Shown: piece after piece, positions 57,060 through 64,000 of the stretch
How positions within the stretch are numbered: position 1 is the stretch's first letter
Layout of the letters: every line of letters starts with the position of its first letter
Source: a virus
Virus record (IMG/VR): IMGVR_UViG_3300044826_000112
DNA: 64,000 bases
Strand: one strand, 5' to 3'
Program-made: the position numbers and the translations under genes
The notes under the pieces: generated by a model
The model's database searches: none
Told to the model about the DNA's origin: nothing
What the model saw: only the letters and a program-made list of their open reading frames with translations

Positions 57060-57436
57060 AGTGGTTCGTGCGGCTTGACCCGCCTGAGATGAGAGTACAG
57101 AACTACCCATGGGGAGTCTGGCTAAATGGATTCCGCGATAGTACCCATGAATCTAAGTGGCTTGCTGAGCAAAGGAGAGACGAGTTGAACAGACGTGAGA
57201 AGATGATCGCCAAGGCTGACCTGATTGTAGGTGCCACCTACAGAGGTCACTGCCGCAACGCCGAAAAGGCTATGTGGAACGGCAAGAAGTTCGAGTACAT
57301 CCGCCATAAGTTCTCCTTCGAGTACTTGGAGACTATCTGCCATCCGGATGATGATCAGGAGTTCGACGTGTTCTATCCGTACGAGCTCCTTGAGGAGGTC
57401 CCTATGCTTACCAACTGATAACCATAGGAGACTAGC

Positions 57437-57685
57437 ATGTCTAGAACTACCCGTAGAACCAAAGGCTACCAAATCGCTGCTGAATACGATACTCGCAATA
57501 TGTTCCATCGGGACATTCAATGGAGCCGCTACCATGAGGGCACCAAGCGTTATATCAAGCAGCACGGAGTAAGAAGTACGTTCCGTCAGGAGTTGCACAA
57601 CGCTATTCGTGATGGTAGATTTGAGGACTTCTATCCTACTGCGGGATTGGCCCAATACCTCAAAGCGTGGAGCTGGGGGATTTAA
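57437..57685 (+). CDS. Small basic protein (MSRT.RR family)
   Basis: AGGAG RBS; paralogue of 57736. Confidence 0.65.
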   Translation: MSRTTRRTKGYQIAAEYDTRNMFHRDIQWSRYHEGTKRYIKQHGVRSTFRQELHNAIRDGRFEDFYPTAGLAQYLKAWSWGI

Positions 57686-57735
57686 CTAAGGAGGTGACAT
57701 ATGACTCTTCATTGACAACCATAGGAGAAAGTCAA

Positions 57736-58023
57736 ATGTCGAGAACATATCGTCGTAAAAGCGGACAGCAGTGCAGCCTGATCGGTGTTCCGGGATGGAT
57801 CGATGAGACCATCGAAGAGTACAACTCCCCGTGGCTCAAGAAGTTCCACTGGGATCGCAACAAGTATACGTGCCACAACAAGATCAAAGGCTATCTGCGT
57901 TGGACTGGTAACCGTAGCTCCTTCCGTCAGGAACTGCGTGAAGCCCTGAAGACCGAGCGTGTAGAGGATTTCTATCCGCACAAGTCCATGAACAAGTTCA
58001 AGCAGGCCAGCTGGGTCCTCTAA
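57736..58023 (+). CDS. Small basic protein (MSRT.RR family)
   Basis: AGGAG RBS; RSSFRQEL...EDFYP shared with 57437. Confidence 0.65.
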   Translation: MSRTYRRKSGQQCSLIGVPGWIDETIEEYNSPWLKKFHWDRNKYTCHNKIKGYLRWTGNRSSFRQELREALKTERVEDFYPHKSMNKFKQASWVL

Positions 58024-58069
58024 CCTAAGCCCTCTTCGGAGGGCTTTATCGTAACTAAAGGAGAAGGTA

Positions 58070-58744
58070 ATGGAACTTACACTTAGCTTTAACGGAATCA
58101 CCAAGACTCTGACTCCGATTGACGTCGATGGGCGTACTATGTACGACCTGAACGAGATCTGGCGTGAGTGGAATCTCTCCGTAACTGAACGCCCTGCCCA
58201 GTGGCGGAGCAAGGATCGGGCTGAGTTTTCCCGGACTGCAGATTTGCAGTCCAGAAGAAACGGACAACGAGAGCAAACTTTAGCTACCCAGCTGGCGGTC
58301 TATGCGTACGCCATGTGGGTATCTGTTGAGTTCTACCGTGCTGTAGTGGAGTGTTTCACGGCAGTCGCTAACGGACAACTGGAACAGGCTCAAGCTATCA
58401 CCGCCAGGGTCACCAAAGCAGAAGCATATGAAGTCCTCGAGACCAGTAAGCGTCCGCTTAACAAGATCCGCAGCTGGTTCGATCGTTTCGACGGCGACGT
58501 AGCTGAAGGTGTAACTGAGATCCTGGATGCCATCTCTGGCTGCCAGACCGTCACTCGTAGTCAACGCGAACGCTTCACCGCCTCTCTGACCGCTGCTGTT
58601 AATGAGTGGGAAGAAGGCCAAATCCATGGCGGTGTCCGTGGGGTTCGCCTCTCCGGCGTCATGCTGGAAGCTGAAACCGCCCGCTTGAACATCGTCAAGC
58701 GTGAACGCTACTGGGCCCGTCGGGCCGCCAGTGCTGCTAAGTAA
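58070..58744 (+). CDS. KilA-N-like DNA-binding protein
   Basis: MYDLNEIW...RPAQWR...AYAMWVSVEFY. Confidence 0.7.
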   Translation: MELTLSFNGITKTLTPIDVDGRTMYDLNEIWREWNLSVTERPAQWRSKDRAEFSRTADLQSRRNGQREQTLATQLAVYAYAMWVSVEFYRAVVECFTAVANGQLEQAQAITARVTKAEAYEVLETSKRPLNKIRSWFDRFDGDVAEGVTEILDAISGCQTVTRSQRERFTASLTAAVNEWEEGQIHGGVRGVRLSGVMLEAETARLNIVKRERYWARRAASAAK

Positions 58745-58812
58745 TAAGAGCCCTCTTCGGAGGGCTTTTCTATTGACATAAACTACAGTAGATAACTGTA
58801 GGAGTATGTGTA

Positions 58813-59118
58813 ATGGTAGACTTCCTCATTCTTTTAGCTATCGTTGTAGCTGTTCTGCTGACGATCATGAAGGTCTTCCCGTCGCACACCGGAGCATCCA
58901 GATACGCTCGCAACATCCTTATCGGGCTGGATCAGCTCATCAACGCCATTCTGTTCGGCGATCCTGATGAGACTCTATCTTCCCGTATCGGTAAGGCTGC
59001 CGAGCATGGGCACTGGTTTGCGATCATGATGAGCCGATTCCTCGACTTGTTCGAGAAGGATCACTGTAAGAAGAGTATGGAGTATGATGAGGGTAAACGG
59101 AACCTATTCAAGGACTGA
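58813..59118 (+). CDS. Membrane protein (DQ..N...GDPDET.SSR family)
   Basis: NILIGLDQLINAILFGDPDETLSSRIGK...DHC. Confidence 0.6.
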   Translation: MVDFLILLAIVVAVLLTIMKVFPSHTGASRYARNILIGLDQLINAILFGDPDETLSSRIGKAAEHGHWFAIMMSRFLDLFEKDHCKKSMEYDEGKRNLFKD

Positions 59119-59313
59119 CATCGAAGAGGTGGCCAGAAGACTTGGATGGTGGGACGTCGACTACATCGACCGATTGCTTCAAGGACAGGCTTTTGATCCT
59201 GATGACATGCAGTTCGTTCTCAGAGAGCTAGAGAAAGTAAGACCAACAGGGGGCCATTAGGCCCTCTTTTTCTTGGTATAAGAAATACAGGAAGGTCTTA
59301 CTCAGGAGAAGTT

Positions 59314-59712
59314 ATGAAAGACGAATACCTTGATGTCATCAAGTACTTCAAGCAGGAGGAGAAGAACGAGGCACGCAAAGGTCTCTACGACGATGTCACC
59401 AACCACATTCTCCACGGGACTGATATAGAGACCTTGGCGTTCGACAAAACGTTGACTCCATCAGTCCGTAACCTGGCACAACAGATGATTCGCAGTGCAT
59501 CTTGCTTGGACATCAAGCCTCGAGAGGAGAATATAAACCGCCTCTGGTTGTCCACCATCAGAGGGTTAGTATACGACGACTACTACAACGCCTGTCGCAA
59601 GTTCATAGAGACTGGTGATGGGGAACTCTACATCGAAGAACATTGCCGATCATTCCGGCTGTTCTGGCATGCAACCATATTCTCCAACGTATGGAGGCCT
59701 AATGATAGGTGA
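59314..59712 (+). CDS. Hypothetical protein
   Basis: Own promoter, AGGAG RBS. Confidence 0.65.
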   Translation: MKDEYLDVIKYFKQEEKNEARKGLYDDVTNHILHGTDIETLAFDKTLTPSVRNLAQQMIRSASCLDIKPREENINRLWLSTIRGLVYDDYYNACRKFIETGDGELYIEEHCRSFRLFWHATIFSNVWRPNDR

Positions 59713-59839
59713 TGACGAAAGTTGGGGCTCTAGCTCCTACCAAGAAGACGAAGATGGGTTCGAGATAGTCGATCCTGAAGAGACACGTCCGGAAGATTCC
59801 GGATTCATCCCACCTGAAGAATTGGAAGGTATTGCATGA
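59702..59839 (+). CDS. Small acidic protein
   Basis: GGAGG RBS; MIGDDESWG... Confidence 0.5.
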   Translation: MIGDDESWGSSSYQEDEDGFEIVDPEETRPEDSGFIPPEELEGIA

Positions 59840-59964
59840 ATTACGAAGAAGACGATCTCCCAGATGACGAAGAAGATGAGATTGACACTAGCCTGCCGTA
59901 CGACGAAGACGAGTACAGCGATGAAGACCAGTACGACGACGTTGTAAAGCTCATGGAAGGCTAG
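59836..59964 (+). CDS. Very acidic micro-protein (42 aa, not in track)
   Basis: MNYEEDDLPDDEEDEID...; coupled ATGA overlap. Confidence 0.55.
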   Translation: MNYEEDDLPDDEEDEIDTSLPYDEDEYSDEDQYDDVVKLMEG

Positions 59965-60031
59965 TCAGTATCTCGAAGAAAGCCTCTGGGCTTTCTTTTA
60001 GCTAATCTCAGTGTTACAATGCGAAGCAACT

Positions 60032-60117
60032 GGAAGAGTGGCAGAATGGTATTGCAGCACCCTGCTAAGGTGTAGGCCCGAAAGGGTCTGTGGGTTCGAA
60101 CCCCATCTCTTCCTCCA
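60032..60117 (+). tRNA. tRNA-Ser(GCT)
   Basis: Cloverleaf, variable arm, CCA. Confidence 0.9.
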
Positions 60118-60130
60118 ATTTAGAGGCCTT

Positions 60131-60301
60131 ATGGAATTCATCAACCCTACTGTAGAGATTGCGTACATCGATGCCCAGCTGGGCGTGTACCATCAGTACC
60201 TGACTGCCAGCGCCGGCAAGCCTGATCCTAAGGGCAAAATCGCTGAGGTCCAGGCTAAGGTAGACGAACTGAATCGTCGTAAGGCTGAACTTCAAGGTTA
60301 A
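60131..60301 (+). CDS. Small hypothetical protein between tRNAs
   Basis: GAGG RBS, MEFINPTVE... Confidence 0.55.
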   Translation: MEFINPTVEIAYIDAQLGVYHQYLTASAGKPDPKGKIAEVQAKVDELNRRKAELQG

Positions 60302-60302
60302 A

Positions 60303-60386
60303 GCCGGTATGGTGGAATGGCATACACAGCGTACTTAAAATGCGTCGCCTTCGGGATTGTGGGTTCGAATCCCACTACCGGTACCA
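60303..60386 (+). tRNA. tRNA-Leu(TAA)
   Basis: Cloverleaf, CCA. Confidence 0.92.
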
Positions 60387-60573
60387 ATCATGGTATAAGT
60401 ATCATGGAGTCGATTAAGGCTTAGTCTGACTCTTCTCAAGTGTATGAGTGTTTTCCCCGGGGTCCTCACGTTTCGAGGACCTTTCTTTTTGTCAACAAAT
60501 TGGGTAATACCGGTATAACTATGTTGTAGGGAACCTACACTTTCTTTTTCGTTAATCAAATGGAGTAAACATC

Positions 60574-61029
60574 ATGGCACTTTTCGGCCTGTTCCGTAAG
60601 AAAGCATCCAAGGCAGCTGTTGAAATGGCTGAGAACATGAAGAAGATGGAGAACCGCGATCTCCTGCAGGCGTTCGTCGGCGGCGGCCTGCTGATCGCTT
60701 CTGCCAACGATCAGAAGATCTCCCCGGATGAAGTCGCTACCTTGGAGAAGATGATCAACGCCTCTCCTGCCATGAGCCACTTCGGTTCCGAAATCTCCGC
60801 CACCATCGGCCGCGTCATGGCTCAGTTCGATGCCGGCTATGCCTACGGCAAGATGCAAGTCCTGCGTGAAATCGCCGACGTCAAGTCCTCTGAAGAAGAG
60901 AAGACTGAAGTCATCGTTGGCATGATCGTCATGGCTGCCAAAGAAGATGGCATCGACGATAAAGAGCTGGCAGTGATCGACGAGATCGCTCGCAGCCTGG
61001 GCGTTCAGTACAAGCAGTACCTGCCGTAA
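60574..61029 (+). CDS. TerB-like (tellurite resistance family) protein
   Basis: NRDLLQA...LIASAND.KIS.DE; AAKEDGIDDKELAVIDEIARSLG. Confidence 0.7.
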   Translation: MALFGLFRKKASKAAVEMAENMKKMENRDLLQAFVGGGLLIASANDQKISPDEVATLEKMINASPAMSHFGSEISATIGRVMAQFDAGYAYGKMQVLREIADVKSSEEEKTEVIVGMIVMAAKEDGIDDKELAVIDEIARSLGVQYKQYLP

Positions 61030-61092
61030 TCTTTACCTATCAGGTAGAGATTCTAAAAGGGGGCCAATGGCCCTCTTTTTAGTGGAGGATAT

Positions 61093-61353
61093 ATGTCCCC
61101 TGAAGTCATAACTCCTTGGGTTCTGTTTGTAGTAACCTTGCCTGGCCTAGTGGTGCTCATAATCCTGTTCATTGCGGCTTTTCGGGCTAATACTGTCCTA
61201 AAGAGAGTCATCACAATGCAGGAATATGAGATAGGTATGGTTCGCAAAGAACTCAATGAAGCCACTGCCTTGGCGGAAACTCGCCGAGTCATCCTGATTG
61301 AAAAAGACCGGAGATTGAAAGAATGCCCACATTGTTCTGGATCGCAATCGTAG
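61093..61353 (+). CDS. Membrane-anchored hypothetical protein
   Basis: TM helix, C-terminal CPHC. Confidence 0.55.
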   Translation: MSPEVITPWVLFVVTLPGLVVLIILFIAAFRANTVLKRVITMQEYEIGMVRKELNEATALAETRRVILIEKDRRLKECPHCSGSQS

Positions 61354-61928
61354 CCCTGTTGGGTATCGCCTATCTAGTGCGTGTATACCGTATGGGCGAG
61401 CTGCAGAAGGAAATGAAGCAGATGGCTGCTATCAACAAGCAGCTTGAAGATCGCAACTACATGCTTGAGATGCAGGTGTCACACCTGAACCTCAGTATGA
61501 AAGACCAAAAGAGCACCCTGACCAAGCTCAAAGAGATGGTCGATAGACTGAGCCCTAAGCCGAAGGAGGAGAAACCTGTTGATAACCAAGGCTTTAAAGG
61601 CCCTAAGAGCAAAACTGCTCCAGTTACGCAAACGCCCACCCACCAAGCGACCAGTTCGTCACACCGGCAGGATCGGGTAGACAACAGCATCTACGTGGCA
61701 GACCCTATGTCTCCACTCAACCCGTTGAGCCCGATGTATCAGAACCAACCAACTATGCGGGACGATACCTCGGTGCACAGCAGTCATCGTCATGATGACA
61801 CTCCATCACACCGTTCTTCGGTGTGTTCCGATGATTCCTCAACAAGGAGCAGTGGATATGATTCCTCGCCAAGCTATGACTCCGGCAGCAGTTCTGATTC
61901 TGGCTCTTCTGGCGGCGGTTGCGATTAA
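61323..61928 (+). CDS. Membrane-anchored coiled-coil protein with a Ser-rich tail
   Basis: TM, coiled coil, SSSDSGSSGGGCD. Confidence 0.65.
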   Translation: MPTLFWIAIVALLGIAYLVRVYRMGELQKEMKQMAAINKQLEDRNYMLEMQVSHLNLSMKDQKSTLTKLKEMVDRLSPKPKEEKPVDNQGFKGPKSKTAPVTQTPTHQATSSSHRQDRVDNSIYVADPMSPLNPLSPMYQNQPTMRDDTSVHSSHRHDDTPSHRSSVCSDDSSTRSSGYDSSPSYDSGSSSDSGSSGGGCD

Positions 61929-62221
61929 CCCCGTAGTGCTGATGCTGTCCGTTCTCACGGATGCACTTTGCTCGGTGTTCGTCGTGTACGCCCTCTTTCA
62001 GCTCAATAAGAGCTGCAAAGAGACTCACTTCACCGGATACGTGGTTATCCTGTCCTTTCTGACCATGATGACCTTTGTGTCTACACCGTTCTATCTGATG
62101 TCTGCAATGCTCGATGGATTCATGGCGATTGCCATTCTGATCGCCCTGATCCCTATCCTGCAGGACATCCGCAAAGCTTAACCAAAGGCCCCTAGTGGGC
62201 CTTTATTTTTTAGGAGCATTT

Positions 62222-62899
62222 ATGGACTTCATTAAGAAGCATCCGCGGACCTACCACCATCCCCTCTCTCCCGGCAAGGGTGCGGATGACAAGACCGCCT
62301 ATAACGTTGACAGCGACTTCCATGGGTTGGAAGTGGTTGTGCTCGAGAAGATGGATGGCGAGAATACCAACATCTATCGGCACGCCTGGCACGCCCGCTC
62401 TCTGGATACTCCGACAACTTCCTGGCGAGAGCTCGTAGCACGTCGTCAGAGTGCGATAGGAGGCTTCCTGGAGCCACGGGAGTGCATCCACTGTGAGAAC
62501 GTATTGGCTCGCCACTCGATCGCTTACGATGCGTTACAGAGCGATCTGTATGCATTCAGAGTTCGCATGGGCGACTACATGTTGTCCTGGGATGATACTG
62601 TTGAGCGGATCAATGAGCTCAATGCAATGGTAATGGATTGGGAGATGCCCGAGTTCTTCATTGCCATCCCGAAGGTTCTCTACCGCGGCCCATATAGCCC
62701 TGATCTGGTGCATAAGATCCAGTTCAACCCGAACACCTCGGAGGGCTGGGTGATGAGTAACGCACATGCATTCCCTATCGGCATGTACTCGTGCAACGTC
62801 ATCAAGTACGTTCGTGAAGGGCATGTACAAACTGACGAACATTGGACCAATCAGGAGATAGTACGCAATGGAATCCAGTACCCAAGCATTCCCTCGTAA
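62222..62899 (+). CDS. ATP-dependent RNA ligase-family protein
   Basis: KHPRTYH, EKMDGEN (motif I), HARS, EGWV, KYVR..HVQTD.HW. Confidence 0.75.
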   Translation: MDFIKKHPRTYHHPLSPGKGADDKTAYNVDSDFHGLEVVVLEKMDGENTNIYRHAWHARSLDTPTTSWRELVARRQSAIGGFLEPRECIHCENVLARHSIAYDALQSDLYAFRVRMGDYMLSWDDTVERINELNAMVMDWEMPEFFIAIPKVLYRGPYSPDLVHKIQFNPNTSEGWVMSNAHAFPIGMYSCNVIKYVREGHVQTDEHWTNQEIVRNGIQYPSIPS

Positions 62900-63704
62900 G
62901 GTAATAGTCAACCCGTTGACCTCGCAGATCTTGAAGTCTCACAAAGAGACTTCCTTCGATAACTACTTCGACTGGCGGTATCGGACACAAGAGAAGGAAA
63001 AGCTTCTGGAGATTCGGGCCATAGAGTTCCCTAAGGATGAATCCTACTTCTTGGCCGGCCCAGTGTGGTTTCAGGGCAAGACTTACGGTATGGCGTACTT
63101 CCAACATCAGGAGGATTGTAAGCCTATCGCTCAGTTAGAAGCTGAAATGATTGAGGAGTACGAGCACATCCGTAGCCTAACGTATATGCCTCACGAGTAT
63201 AAGGAGCAGTTCTACAAGTATCTGGATCCGCATGCTGACCGGGCTAACAATTGTGCCACGGAGATGTTCTATGATCCAGTGACTAAGACCTTCTTGTCGG
63301 CGTTAGATCTTCGCTTCGACGGAGCCAGGGAGATTGATAGCAAGATTATCACTAGGGCCAAGAAGCACTCTAGAGCAGAGGCGAGGAAGAGTAAGAAGAT
63401 GGGAACCTTCTGTGGTGCCTTTTGGACTACTCAGATTGCCGAAGATCGAATCCGCGATTACATCGGCAAGAAGGCAGTAGAGGCAACTCTTGAAAAGCAA
63501 CGAGAGGTAGCTCTCCAGATCAACGAGGAGAACCGTAAGGTGGCGTTCTGTAAAGAGCGGCCATATCTGCTGTACCTCCTCGGTACGGATGATGCGTCTT
63601 ACACCAAGACCTTCGCGACCGAAGACGAGATGTACAAGTTTGCTGACCGCATCAAAGGGGCCAGCAGTGAGTTCGTAACCAGTCAGATGACTTTCACTAA
63701 CTAA
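62868..63704 (+). CDS. Hypothetical protein
   Basis: AGGAG RBS. Confidence 0.6.
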   Translation: MESSTQAFPRKVIVNPLTSQILKSHKETSFDNYFDWRYRTQEKEKLLEIRAIEFPKDESYFLAGPVWFQGKTYGMAYFQHQEDCKPIAQLEAEMIEEYEHIRSLTYMPHEYKEQFYKYLDPHADRANNCATEMFYDPVTKTFLSALDLRFDGAREIDSKIITRAKKHSRAEARKSKKMGTFCGAFWTTQIAEDRIRDYIGKKAVEATLEKQREVALQINEENRKVAFCKERPYLLYLLGTDDASYTKTFATEDEMYKFADRIKGASSEFVTSQMTFTN

Positions 63705-63713
63705 GGATCAGTT

Positions 63714-64000
63714 ATGAAATACGAAGTGCACGTAACCGTAGATGCAGAAGGAATCTCCATCGAGGATTTCCGAGAGGCCTGCTGGAGACTCAAAGTCAAA
63801 CCTATCGAGATCATCCTCAAGGAAGGGACTGAGATGAAGGACTTGATGACCTCAGGGACTCGGGATTTCGACGATGACAAGAAAGCCTTCGATTGGGCCA
63901 AGGAACAAGAGGAGTTCCTCAATGCTAACGGATTCAAAGTCCTGCGGGTCAAGATCGAAACCCAACCGGAACATCCGCTGGCCCCGAAGACTCGCAAGGA
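63714..64000 (+). CDS. Hypothetical protein (truncated by the window edge)
   Basis: AAGGA RBS; MKYEVHVTV...RVKIET. Confidence 0.55.
   Translation, partial: MKYEVHVTVDAEGISIEDFREACWRLKVKPIEIILKEGTEMKDLMTSGTRDFDDDKKAFDWAKEQEEFLNANGFKVLRVKIETQPEHPLAPKTRK

Overview
A 64-kb segment of a large, apparently lytic tailed-phage genome; sigma70-type promoters and gene content suggest a gammaproteobacterial host (inference). Left end (minus strand): tail-fibre genes, including a >1000-aa fibre that runs off the window and is absent from the ORF track. The plus strand then carries replication and nucleotide genes: RNase H, primase-helicase, DEDDh exonuclease, ThyA, ATP-dependent DNA ligase, and a family-A DNA polymerase split into two separate genes inside its proofreading domain. 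Also present: an NAD+ salvage pair (NMNAT-Nudix + NadV), radical-SAM enzymes including an RlmN-like protein, RtcB, a second RNA ligase, HU, antirepressor-like paralogues, anti-defence genes (Acb2, a degenerate AcrIII-1/DUF1874 homologue, a macrodomain), and 24 tRNA genes in six clusters. The most unusual signals are non-coding: a ~430-nt highly structured RNA closed by a 22-bp stem, two long tRNA-like RNAs, a stand-alone mini-tRNA with no anticodon loop, and a tRNA-Trp lacking a D-arm. Other notable features are a duplicated ~190-330-bp origin-like element, a GGTATAA promoter motif found 21 times, and a family of very basic L-x-K-x-A proteins, two with ADP-ribosyltransferase-like motifs. All assignments come from motif recognition by eye; no database searches were run.
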